This document shows positions 27,201 through 38,205 of a stretch of DNA of 64,000 nt, piece by piece. The notes below the pieces were generated by a model. That model was not told the DNA's origin. It searched no databases and saw nothing but the letters and a program-made list of their open reading frames with translations. A program made the translations under genes and the position numbers. The number at the start of each line of letters is the position of its first letter. Position 1 is the stretch's first letter. Source of the DNA: Leucoraja ocellata (taxonomy: Eukaryota); contig JAWMAR010000481.1 in assembly GCA_036785375.1 (NCBI GenBank), forward strand, positions 1,426,001 to 1,490,000, in the 5' to 3' direction.

Positions 27201-28042
27201 AGGGTTATCTGTATACTGACCGGTGAACCTTACTTCCTCTCTTTCAGCTTGATATCTGTACACTGAGTTGTGAATCTGTGGAATTCTCTGCTACAGACAA
27301 CAGTGGAGGCCAATTCACTGGATGTTTTCATGAGAGAGATTTAGCTCTTAGTGCTAAATGAATCAAGGAATATGGGGAAAAAGCAGGAACGTGGTACTGA
27401 TTTTAGATGATCAGCCATGATCAGAAGGGTCAAATGGCCTACTCCTGCACCTATTTATCTATGTTTCTGTTCTGCATTGACTGGTGTCTCCCAATCCCTC
27501 TCTCTCATGGGGATATCTGTACGCTGACCAGTGTCTCTCAATGCCTCTCTCTTGGCATGTTTGTACACTGACAGCTAGCGCTCTCTCTCTCTCTCCCTCT
27601 CCCCCTTCGTTTCTCTCTCTCTCGCTCTCGCTCTCTCTCTCTCTCTCTCGCTCTCTCGCCCTCTCCACCTCACCCCCCTCTCTCACCCTCTCCCCCTCTC
27701 TCCCTCGCTCCCTCTACCTTCTGTAAACGGATCGGTCTCCCTCATTACCTCTCTCTTGGGACATTGTCCCACTGTCAGGGGTATATTTGTACACTCATAC
27801 ATGGGATATCTACAGTCTGATACCATTATACCAGCCAAGCTCATTTAAGACCATTATACCAGCCAAGCTCATCACCAAACTCGAGGGACTTGGAGTCAGT
27901 ACTCACCTCTGCAACTGCATCATTGACTTCAGTTCAGTTCAGTTTAGTTTATTCTCATGTGCACAGAGGCATTGTGAAAAGCTTTTGTTGTGTGTTAATC
28001 TGTCAGCAGAAGGACAATGCATGATTACAATTAAGCCATTTA

Positions 28043-28945
28043 AGGGCATGTCCCACTTAGGCGACTGCCTGCAACTGTCATAGTCGTAGAATGCAGCCGA
28101 AAAACCGGCGACTTGACCCCCCCACAACAATGTCTACGACAAACTCCAACAACATACCACCGAGTCGAAGTCAAGCTAACGCAAGCTACCGACAACCGGC
28201 GACCCAATCGTCGTGACGGGACGTCCACCTACGACAACCTACGACCACACAGGCGACAATCTACGACCACACAGGCGACAACCGGTCAACTTGCATCCAC
28301 CTGCGACAAGCCACGACAAGTTACGACTGTCGGAGACAACTGAAGACAATTCATGTCATTTTGGCCTCCAAAACAATGGATTTATAAGAGGGGATGTATT
28401 GTTTCCAACATCTGAGGACATTGCTCTCACATGAAGAAGCCCTGCTGCTTGCAGCAGCCCTCATGCTTAAAGATCAGCAAGACAGAAGGACAATAAGAAT
28501 GGGTAAGAGGAAGTCCAAGAAGAGGTGTGTGTTTGGTTGAATCCCTTGTCCCTGTAGAGACCCAGGTTGGGCCAATATGACAACCTGATGACTGAGCTCC
28601 AGCAAGAAGATGAGGCTGCCTTCAGACACTTCACCAGGCTTCCCCCTGAGCTGTTTCAGGAGCCGAAGACACTGGGTGGGCCGTCTCCTGGAGAAAAAGA
28701 GGACTCATGGAGGAGCCACTGTTGTAGCCTGGTGTAGCTAGTCACGTCAACTGTTGCCGATGGTCGCCAGCTGTCGTAGCATGTCGTTAGTATGGTCGTT
28801 GCATGTCACCGGTATGATCGTAGCATGTCGTTAGTATGGTCGTAGCATGTCGCCGGTATGGTCATACATTGTTGTAGATTGTCGCTGATATAGGCGTAGA
28901 TGGACTTCATTCATAGCATCACGACTGGCTGTTGTAGCTTGACTT
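28043..28945 (+). mobile_element. Internally deleted PIF/Harbinger transposon with a transposase N-terminal remnant
   Basis: TTA|AGGGCATGTCCCACTTAGGCGAC left TIR. 28558-28670 reads RPRLGQYDNLMTELQQEDEAAFRHFTRLPPELFQE, resembling Harbinger transposase N-termini. Right TIR is missing. Confidence 0.7.
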
Positions 28946-29162
28946 CTGTGCTCTATCTACCTCATTGGAGATCCTCGCACTATCTTTGATCAGAATTTAC
29001 TGGTTTTATCTTGCACTGAACTTTATTCATGTTATTCCCTTCATCATGTTTCTGCTCACTGTGCTCAAATGTAATCATGTATTGTCCGTCTGTTGTCTGG
29101 TTAACATGCAACTAAAGCTTTTCACTGTACCTCGGTACATGTGACAATAAACTCAACTCAAA

Positions 29163-29490
29163 CTGACTGGTGTCTCTCAGTCCTCTCATTGATGTGGATA
29201 TCTGCACTAACTGGTCTCTCTCAGTCCCTCTCTCTCACCACGATATCTGTACACTGACCGGTCTCTCTCAGTCCCTCTCTCTCACCACGATATCTGTACA
29301 CTGACCGGTCTCTCTCAGTCCCTCTCTCTCACCACGATATCTGTACACTGACCGGTCTCTCTCAGTCCCTCTCTCTCACCACGATATCTGTTCACTGACC
29401 GGTGAAATTTAGCCCCTCTCTCCCAAGGCAGGGGATATCTACATTGACAAATGTCCCACTCTCTCAGGGGGATATCTGTACACCGACCTT
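29163..29490. repeat. 47-bp tandem repeat upstream of the VH promoter
   Basis: CGATATCTG recurs at 29241, 29288, 29335 and 29382 (period 47). Degenerate copies flank it and occur at about 27070-27820. Confidence 0.9.
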
Positions 29491-29750
29491 TAACTCAGCC
29501 CCTCACTGGGGATCTGAGTGACCTCTTGCTCCACAAAGTGTTCATCATTGTAATGAGTGGATGGAGCATAGTGGGATCAATCTTTAATCCGGATCTCATC
29601 ATTGCCCCTCCACCTGTTGTGGAGACAAACACCTTTTGGGGAATTGAACTGGGTGCTGGGGGCAGGGACAGGAAGCCGCGCCTCTGGTTTCAGTGGGTGG
29701 GGAAACCGCGGCTACCTCTCTCTCTGTCTCTCACTCACAGCTCACTTCCC

Positions 29751-29758
29751 TATTTAAA
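29751..29758 (+). promoter_or_regulatory. TATA-like box of the IgW VH promoter with adjacent Ets-like motifs
   Basis: TATTTAAA about 90 bp upstream of the leader ATG. CACTTCCC lies immediately 5' (29743-29750) and ACAGGAAG at 29668-29675. No ATGCAAAT/ATTTGCAT octamer seen in the preceding ~400 bp. Confidence 0.6.
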
Positions 29759-29847
29759 CAGCGCTGACTGCTGCTCCCGACAAAGCCGGCCTTGAGCTGA
29801 AGCCGCCCATTCCTGGAGTGTCCAAGTGTGTGTCAGTGCTCAGAGTG

Positions 29848-29893
29848 ATGGGGGTCGCTGCTTATCTCTGTCTCCTTCTGTCCTGTCTGCCAG
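29848..29893 (+). CDS. IgW: IgW heavy chain leader exon (MGVAAYLCLLLSCLP-G)
   Basis: ATG plus a hydrophobic 15-codon signal peptide, phase-1 donor CAG|GTGGGT, and a short intron to the V exon acceptor TTTGCAG. Confidence 0.95.
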
Positions 29894-30021
29894 GTGGGTG
29901 TCCCCCCGCGGCGGGCGGGCGGGCGGGCGTCACCCCCACTCGGGGCCGGGCTGCTTCTCGGACACTCTTTGACCCTCTGCCTCCAACTGTTTATTCAACT
30001 TTGTTTCTCTTTTATTTGCAG

Positions 30022-30329
30022 GCGTTCGATCCGCGGTCGTGCTGAATCAGAAACCGACCGAGGTGGCAAAGCCCGGAGACTGCCTCAAACTGACCTGTGT
30101 AACCAGCGGGTTCACCCTCAGCGACTACGCCGTGCATTGGGTGAAACAAGTCCCCGGGAAAGGGCTGGAGTGGGTGGCGGTGATATGGGGTGGTGGCGAC
30201 AAACTATACGCGCCCGCCTTCAGCGGCCGATTCGAGGTTTCCAAGGACAGCAGCAATGTCTATCTCCAAATGACCAACCTGAGTCTGGCCGACACGGCCA
30301 CCTATTACTGTGCGAGACAATACGGGTGG
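30022..30329 (+). CDS. IgW: IgW VH exon with a D-like 3' extension (probable germline-joined V-D1)
   Basis: GVRS AVVLNQKPTEVAKPGDCLKLTCVTSGFTLSDYAVHWVKQVPGKGLEWVAVIWGGGDKLYAPAFSGRFEVSKDSSNVYLQMTNLSLADTATYYCAR-QYGW. Canonical Cys/Trp/YYCAR motifs, open frame, and 12 nt between the YYCAR Arg codon and the heptamer. Confidence 0.96.
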
Positions 30330-30367
30330 CACAGTGTGAGAGATGGGACTTCCTCAATACAAAAACC
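30330..30367 (+). other. Recombination signal sequence, 22-bp spacer (3' of V/VD)
   Basis: Consensus heptamer CACAGTG (30330-30336), 22-nt spacer, consensus nonamer ACAAAAACC (30359-30367). Confidence 0.95.
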
Positions 30368-30694
30368 TGCCGCAGCCAAACGCTTTAAATCACGTCTCTG
30401 GGCGCTGCCGCCGCCGCCTTTCCTCGGGACCCGTGGATATAAACCAGATCCAGAGTGCATCATCTGGCACAGGGAACAAGTTCCACTGGAGATGTGGGAA
30501 CACAAACAGCGAGGAGCCGCTGTGGGTCGAGGCACGGTGACAGTCGCGGTGGGTTATCTCCTGTCCACTACAGGGCTGCAATTGCCGAGACTGGACACTG
30601 CTGTGTGGGACACATGGACACACATGGACGGGGCTTTAATTAAACCGTTGCCCACTCTGGCCAGTGTTGGATTTCGGGCTGGATGTGGTAGCGC

Positions 30695-30760
30695 AGTTTG
30701 TGAGCGGCGGTGAATCACCGTGTATACTGGCCCACGGCGGTGGAGAGCTGAACAAAAACT
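30695..30760 (+). other. IgW: DH segment (TATACTGGCC, 30723-30732) flanked by 12/12 RSSs
   Basis: 5' side: AGTTTGTGA - 12 nt - CACCGTG (30716-30722). 3' side: CACGGCG (30733-30739) - 12 nt - ACAAAAACT (30752-30760). This matches the D2-type 12/12 layout of chondrichthyan IgH clusters. Confidence 0.88.
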
Positions 30761-31086
30761 GCCCCCGACAAATGAGCGTCCGCAGCGCAATCTGTCTCCA
30801 TCCATTGAACATTGCTGCTTGCCAAAGTCCAATCCCTGAAGCCTGGCTCGCACTGCAGGGAAGAAATGTCCATTTCTGGCCGGTTAAAAGCCCGAAAGGA
30901 GGCGATTGTGTTTGTGAGGGACGGCCAGAGCCGGTGACAGCAGACGGCAAAAATGCCTCTTTTATTCACACCAGAGGTTGAACAAGGACGGAGATTGGGA
31001 TGGAAATGCAGGAAGCGGCTGCTCCTGGTCCGGGCAGAGTTCACGTTGACACTTTGCTGGGATTATTGGATGTGGAGGGCGAGTGG

Positions 31087-31125
31087 AGTTATTGTACTGA
31101 CTGAGTGGGAAAATGAATCAGTGTG
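31087..31125 (-). other. JH recombination signal sequence, 23-bp spacer
   Basis: + strand reads AGTTATTGT (31087-31095) - 23 nt - CAGTGTG (31119-31125), directly abutting the J coding sequence. Confidence 0.88.
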
Positions 31126-31173
31126 ACTATCTTGAATACTGGGGTGCAGGAACCTCGCTGACAGTGACTTCAG
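31126..31173 (+). CDS. IgW: JH segment (YLEYWGAGTSLTVTS)
   Basis: WGxG motif, TVTS end, phase-1 donor CAG|GTAAGA. Confidence 0.95.
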
Positions 31174-32734
31174 GTAAGACCAATTCCTCAATTCCATTTT
31201 ACCCAGTTGTGTTTTATTAATGTATGGTCTTTGCCAATTCTGTAATTGACCTGAACTCGGTGTGATATTTGGAACGGATTTCCCGGACACAGGCGGGTTT
31301 CTCCAGAGTTGGAATCTACCCAGCAACAGTACATTTCCCACCACGTTGAACTGCCCCACAGGCTGTTCTTTCCCTGAGTCTCGCCATCATCTGCCTTCAG
31401 TCCATCTTGTGCATGCCGACCAAGCTGGCTTTCTGGGCTCGGCCCATTGGCCACATACCCTTCTCATCCATATACCGGATTTTTCGTAATTCTATCTGCT
31501 TTTATAGTTTTCTCTGGCAACTCATTCCAGATACTGCCTACCCAATGTGAATAAAAATGCCCCTGAAGTCCCCTTTTTAATCTCTCCCCACTCACCTTAC
31601 GCCTGTGCCCTCTTGTTTTAGAAACCTCTATCCTGGGACAAAGCCTGTGAGCGTGCACCTTATCCATGCCCCTCATGATCTTGTTCACCTCAACAACGTT
31701 ACTGCGCAGTGTCCTTTGCCTCAAAGGGGAAAAAAGCACCTTATCCTCCCTCTCCCTAAAACAGAACCTCACATGTCCAGACAATATCTTGGTGAATCTT
31801 TTCCAAGTCTCCAATATAATGACATCCTGTAGCTGTGTGACCAGAACTACACACAGTACTTACTCCAAGCGTGGTCTCACCAATGACTTATACAGCTGCA
31901 TCATCATGTCCCAACTTTTATACGCAGTACCCTTCCCATCGAAGGCAGTCTGACAAAAGCCACCTCAGCTCCCTGTCCACCTAACTCGCCACTCTCAGCG
32001 AACCATGCCTCTGTATTTCCACATCTGTCTGTTCTACAACACTCTTCAGGCGCTACCATTTACTGTGTAAGTCCAGCCCTGGTTTGATCTACCACAGTTC
32101 AACACTCCCTCACTTGTCAGAGTTAAATTCCATTTGGCATTCCTTGGCTCCCTTTCCCAACTGATCTTGATCTTATTGTAAACTTATCCCTCTCACTGTC
32201 CACTCATGCTCTGATTTTGGTGTCATCTGCAAACTTACTATCAATGTCCACTATATTGTATGGCAAACTGTTAATGTAGATAACCAACACCAGTGGTCTC
32301 TGCACTGACCCCTGCAGTAGTCCACTTCCTCCAAGCTAATTTAGTACATGTTGGGTTTCATGAGATCTAACCTTCCACGCCAGCCCACCATGCCAGACCT
32401 TATTGAACCTTATCAGGTCCATGAGGCACAATTTCCCCCAACACAAGCCATGCTGTCCCTAATCCTTGGCCCACCCTCCTAAATGATCTAGATCTTGTAC
32501 ATTTAGGACTATCCCTAATCAGTCCGTGTCTATCCAAATATGGATAGTTCCTATCCCTAAGGACATTCCCACCAATGACGTCAGGCTCACTGGTGTAGAT
32601 TCCTGGCTTGGCCCTAATGTCCTTCTTCAATTACGCGTCAGTATCAGCCACCCTCCAGTCTTTTGGAGATTAATCTGCCTGTTTCCACACTATTAATCTA
32701 TGACGCTATGACTCCAGTACCTGCTCCCGCAAAG

Positions 32735-33035
32735 CGATCCCATCAAACACATCCAGGTCAGACAGAGCATGAGTCAAATGCAGAATAAATCTCCCCATGT
32801 CACTGTGCTGTCAGTTACAGATTAGATACAAAGTTCCATCTTCCTGTCCCAACACTCCCAGGGAAGGGACAGCACAGGTTAGACAAGGAGTGAGGCTCCA
32901 TCCAACCTGTCTCCACACACACCCAGGGTACGGGTTAGTCACTGAGTGAAGTTCCCTCTACACTCTCTCCCAGTGCAGGGACAGTGTGCTTGACACAGAG
33001 TCAAGCTCCCTCTACATTGCTCTGTCAAACACTCC
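32735..33035. repeat. Degenerate ~60-65 bp satellite-like repeat in the J-CH1 intron
   Basis: Recurring ACACTCCCAGGG..GGGACAGCAC..GTTAGA..GAGT.AAGCTCCCTCTACA motif, about 4-5 copies. Confidence 0.6.
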
Positions 33036-33950
33036 TTGTGTAAATGCTTCAGAACACAGAACATTCTCTAGATTGTAAAACACATTGATGCTGGTTCAAA
33101 AACAAAGGTTCACAATAATGAATGATTTGAAAGTAATGAGAGAATGTTGTACATGGTTCTACTGTAGATGTAGGGTTTAGTACACCTGGTTTTCGTTGCG
33201 TCTTGTATTGAATTTCAACATTTAGAGATCCTTAGTAAGTCAATACCTTTTATTCTTCATTGTGAATTCACTGATGCGCATAGTTTAGATTCTGAGTCAA
33301 GTTGCTTGGTGTTTTTGACGTGGGTTTTGCTGCACAAAAGAGCTGCTTTTTCCCAGTTCACAGATGGAGGCACGGCTCTAATTTGCTGCCCTCCTCCGCC
33401 AGCCGACAGACTGGGTTTGTCCAACACGTGCTTTGTTCCATTAAACAGGGCTGCTGGTGTCTCAGTGAATCTCAGTGATTGACAGAGCACCTTTCCTGGT
33501 GTTCCCGAGCGCTTTACAGGCAGTGAAGCATGTTCACAATAGAGCCGTGTTGTAAAGGAGGGACTATGGATCCACTCTGCACACAGCAGAATCGGCATAC
33601 CGCTGGTGAGGGGAAAATGTTGTCCGAAACACCACAGTTACAGTGATCCAATGGACGGGCATCAGGCTACAATCAGACCCCAGTTTAATTCCGCAACAAC
33701 TGTGGAATTTAAACTTTGTTCATAATCTGGGAGAGATTGGACCAGTGTCAGATTTTCTTTTGTTAGTAACCTGGATTTTGTGCACAAATCCACAGTAATG
33801 ATGACCTCTCAGTTTCCCTGTTGTCCCTCAGAGGAGGAGATCTATTGTCCTTACCCAGTCGAGCCTATTTCTGACCCCTGACCCAGCAACGCAATTGGCA
33901 CTAAATGCCCCCAGGATGGCGACCCAGACGGGCAGTTTATTGCCCCTTCT

Positions 33951-34426
33951 CACCCCAGCACCCAGCTCCTCACCCCAGCACCCAGCTCCTCCCCCCAGCA
34001 CCCAGCTCCTCCCCCCAGCACCCAGCTCCTCCCCCCAGCACCCAGCTCCTCCCCCCAGCACCCAGCTCCTCCCCCCAGCACCCAGCTCCTCCCCCCAGCA
34101 CCCAGCTCCTCCCCCCAGCACCCAGCTCCTCCCCCCAGCACCCAGCTCCTCCCCCCAGCACCCAGCTCCTCCCCCCAGCACCCAGCTCCTCCCCCCAGCA
34201 CCCAGCTCCTCCCCCCAGCACCCAGCTCCTCCCCCCAGCACCCAGCTCCTCCCCCCAGCACCCAGCTCCTCCCCCCAGCACCCAGCTCCTCCCCCCAGCT
34301 CCTCCCCCCAGCACCCAGCTCCTCCCCCCAGCTCCTCCCCCCAGCACCCAGCTCCTCCCCCCAGCACCCAGCTCCTCCCCCCAGCACCCAGCTCCTCCCC
34401 CCAGCACCCAGCTCCTCCCCCCAGCT
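33951..34426. repeat. 20-bp minisatellite (CCCAGCTCCTCCCCCCAGCA)n in the J-CH1 intron
   Basis: About 23 nearly perfect units plus a few 13-bp variants. 25 AGCT and 22 AGCA motifs by hand count. Confidence 0.97.
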
Positions 34427-35364
34427 GCTAGTATGATGTGTTTTCCTGTCTCTGACCCACCTCCTGACCACATTAGGAACATTGATCCAAATTAAACTGC
34501 ACTCACCACCTGCTGATCCCGGGATGGAAAACACTGTGAGCTACAAGTCTCGCCGCCTGACATCATTGAGCCTCCTGCACGAAACACTCGACAGCTCAGG
34601 CAGCATCTGTGGGGAGAGAAGCAGAATCACCCTTTCACTTCAGTGGTCTATCATCAAACTCTTTCAGTACAGTTTCTGACAACCACTATTTCCACTTTTA
34701 TTTGATGTTTTTTTATTTTGTTGAAGGTTTCCACAACCCCAGGACATCTCAAAGCATTTCCCAGCCCATGAATAACTAAGAGACATAGAGTTATACAGCA
34801 TGGAAACAGGCCCTTCAGCTCAGCTTGTGCAAGGCAGCCTGATGTTCCATGTATGCTAGTCCCACTTGCCCATGTTTACCTCATGTCCTCTAATTCTTTC
34901 CTATCCATGTATCTGTCCAAGTGTCTTTTAAATGCTGTTATCGTACCTGCCTCAACTGTTTCCTCTGGCAGCCTGTTCCATATATCCACCACCCTGTGTA
35001 TGAGAAAGTTCCCCACACATTCCCATTAAATCTTGTTCCTCACATCTTACACCTATATCTTGATTCCCCTATCCTGTGTAATAGACTGTGCATTCACCCT
35101 ATCTATTCCCTTCATGATTTTATACACCTTTATAGGATCACTCTTCTGCCTTCTAGAGGTATAAAGGAGTAAAGTCCGAGCCTGCCCTACTTTTCCCTCC
35201 AGCTCAGGCCCTTGAGTCCTGGCAACATACTTGTGAATCTTCTCAGCACTCTTCTAGCCTAATGATATCTTTCCGAGAGTAGCTTGATGAAAACTCAACA
35301 TTGTATTCCAAATTCAGCCTCATCGATTTCTTGTAACATTCTAGTATAACATCCAACTTCTGAA

Positions 35365-35932
35365 CAGTAAACCCCCATTATAACGGACCATGGTGTGGGG
35401 GGGATAGTATTCATTATTGCCGAATGTAGCTTTAAACAAGAAAGGTATTACCCGTGTATGTAGTTGAAACAAAGAATGCAGATACTGGTTAATACACAAA
35501 AAGACACAAAGTGCTGGAGTAATTCAACTGGTCAGGGAGCATCTCTGGAGAACATCAATAGGTGAGGTGGGGAATCTTCTTCAGACTGATTCAGTCTGCT
35601 GGGTTACTCAAGCACTTTGTGTTATTTCAACTTAAAACCAGGCGCCATTGTCTCTGCTCTGCACCAGCGAGTCCTTCTTCATCCACTGCACGGTCCGGTG
35701 ACACGGCTGTGGTTGTGGCTCACAATGTAGCTTCTGACTGGCAGTGTTTTCTTCAGGCCACTGACAGGGTGCATGCTCACCATGGGGCACCCTCTCCTCT
35801 CACCAGCTGCTGCTTCCAAGGTGCAGTATGTTGGTGACTCCAAGGACCATGCGTGCAAGGGTGGTGTCGGCAGGTCCGTCCGCTACATCCAAAATCTGTT
35901 ATAAAGTGGTCCGTTAAAACGAGGGGTTACTG
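35365..35932. mobile_element. Tigger/pogo-like MITE in the J-CH1 intron
   Basis: TIR CAGTAAACCCCCATTATAACGGACC / GGTCCGTTAAAACGAGGGGTTACTG|TA. Confidence 0.65.
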
Positions 35933-36411
35933 TATATCAATTCCCTGATTCATGAATAGCTTTGTTTACCAACCTATTTACCTGTGACAACACTTCCTGG
36001 GATCTGTGTAGCTGTTCTCCAAGATCCCTTAGTTGTACAACACTCCCCGAGGCCCAGCATTGAAGGAGTTCCACAACAGGCCAGATCCAGCACCATTTGG
36101 CCCGGTGGTTGTAGATATGGTCCATCTGGCACCATACCATGTGGTTCCTGACCTGGGACACATCACCCAGAGCACAGGCCGGTTTGTCCCTCTGGTTGGC
36201 AGATGTTGCTTCGCCAGTGTGAGATCAGCATTTCACTGCTTGGTCATGCACGGTGTGAAAGGGATTGGGAAAGGAACTATTTGTCTGCTCTGCCTGGCCA
36301 TCTCTCAGCCTGAATCACCTGCATTCACTCAGCAATCAGCATGAACCTGTTGCACGCGCTGGTAATAATCCATTTACTACAGAACCAACTGTTAATTTAT
36401 TTCCATTTCAG

Positions 36412-36720
36412 AGGATGTGGTTTTGCCTTCAGTCCACATCACCTCTTCCTGCAACACGGAATCTGGACAAGAGATCAGCATCCTCTGTCTGGTCAAGGAC
36501 TACCTGCCTGAGGTCATCAGTCAGACATGGTCCACCAGCAGTGGGGTCATCAACAATGGAATAACAAAGTACCCACCAGTGTTGGGACAAAACAAGAAGT
36601 ACACAATGAGCAGCTTGCTGCGAGTCTCTGTAGCAGATTGGAACAGGAAAACCGTCTACTACTGCATGTCAGGATACAAGCCGGACAACATGGTGAAAAC
36701 GGAGATCCAGAAGCCTCAAG
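36412..36720 (+). CDS. IgW: IgW constant exon CH1
   Basis: C1-set domain EDVVLPSVHITSSCNTESGQEISILCLVKDYLPEVISQTW...YYCMSGY...IQKPQ. Acceptor TTTCAG, donor AAG|GTTAGT, 309 nt, phase 1-1. The N-terminal Cys is at the usual light-chain linkage position. Confidence 0.95.
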
Positions 36721-37905
36721 GTTAGTGTGAGATTTTGTTGTCCATTTAAAGCTGATGATAGAACTAAAGTGGAAGCCTTTGTCGAACAATGTAGGAGGAA
36801 GCGAATGACTTATTTTGCTCATTCATTCTCATCCTATCAGCCAGAGTGCTGCTGCACAAGGAAAAATACACTGGGAATTTATGTGGAAGGAGATAATGGT
36901 GAGGGGGGGGGTTTCACAGAGGAAGCATCTCGTCTTGATCTGCCTCCATTCTATCCACTGCTTCGTCAAATTCCTGCAGCTCTCTACTCCCCCAAACACC
37001 TCCCTCCAGATCAACTGCTGTGTACAGAGCCACACCTATTATGCCCATGCACAGTGTGGAGATTTAAACCTTCGTCACTCTTCCTGCACTTCCCCCTCAA
37101 CCCTGCAGCCGACCCCTCACCAAGTGAAATCCAGTCTCCTTGTGGAAATGACATGAATCTGCTTCCACTCTCACTTTTAACCACTGCCTTCCTGTTCTGA
37201 TCAAATCATTGCAAATCAAGTCATAACAAAATAAGTTTCTCGTCCATCTGACCTCCAATCCCATTAAACTTAAAGTGGTGTCAGAAGGAACTGCAGATGT
37301 TGGTTTAAAGCGAAGATAGGCAGCTGGAGTAACTCAGCGGGTCAGACAGCATCTCTGGTGACGTTTTGGGATGAGACCCTTCCTCAGACTGAGAGTTGGG
37401 AAAGGGAAAAGAGATATCGACAGTGATGTAGAGAGTTATAGAACTAATAAACGAAGATATGCAAAACAGTAATGCCGATAAAGGAAACAGGCCATTGTTA
37501 GCTGTGGGCTAGGTGAGAATGAGTTACAGACAAAGAAGAGGTGAAGCCAACTTAAAGTTGTGATTCCCAAACCTCCTGCCAGTAGAAACAGTTGTCTCAT
37601 CTGTTCCTGTGTCTGCTCCAGCACACACTGAGATCACGGATGGTCTGTACGCCACTTACCCACCTCCACCCCTACCACTGCAGAGTGGCCCACACTGCTG
37701 GGAGGCCTGTGTTCTAACCCAGCCTCCCAATCACAGCTCTGACCAGCATCTGATCGTGGGACCCACCGTATCAACACATCACCGGCATGTCACCAGCATT
37801 GTGGGGAGGGCTGGTACTGGGGCACTTGTCCCAGATGCTGGGAGAGTGGAATCCTGCAATGTGGCTGAAGGAATCAAGTAATAACAGATATTAAATATGT
37901 TACAG

Positions 37906-38205
37906 CCCCACAGCTCATCCCCCTTGTTCCATCTCCGGAGACTCTCCACAATCAAACAACTGCTGTCCTGGGCTGCATGATATCTGGATTCTCTCCTGAC
38001 AATATTAAAGTTTCCTGGAAAAAAGCTGGACTTAATCAAGCGGGCGTCGTTCTCCCATCCACTCCGAGAACTAACGGTGGATTTGAAACAGTTGCTTACC
38101 TGCCGTTGAATGTGGAGGAATGGACCAACAAACAGGAATATACTTGTGAAGTGACCCACGCACCTTCCGGCTTCAGCGACAAGATCAACATGAGATATCA
38201 AGAGG
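37906..38205 (+). CDS. IgW: IgW constant exon CH2
   Basis: APQLIPLVPSPETLHNQTTAVLGCMISGFSPDNIKVSW...EEWTNKQEYTCEVTHAPSG...MRYQE. Acceptor TTACAG, donor AGG|GTGAGT, 300 nt. Confidence 0.95.

Noticed and set aside
29209-29400. Regularly spaced repeats resembling a CRISPR array
   Set aside because: Units are contiguous with no unique spacers, the context is vertebrate, and there are no cas genes.
30039-30713. 224-aa ORF extending the V domain
   Set aside because: Beyond residue QYGW it reads through the RSS and a GC-rich intersegment spacer. There is no domain signature, so it is incidental read-through.
33300-33620. Possible intronic enhancer (E-boxes CAGATG, CACGTG) in the J-CH1 intron
   Set aside because: Short motifs expected by chance, with no conservation or chromatin data available.
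33828-34534. Several 170-196 aa Pro- or Gly-rich ORFs on both strands
   Set aside because: Artefacts of the stop-free 20-bp minisatellite.
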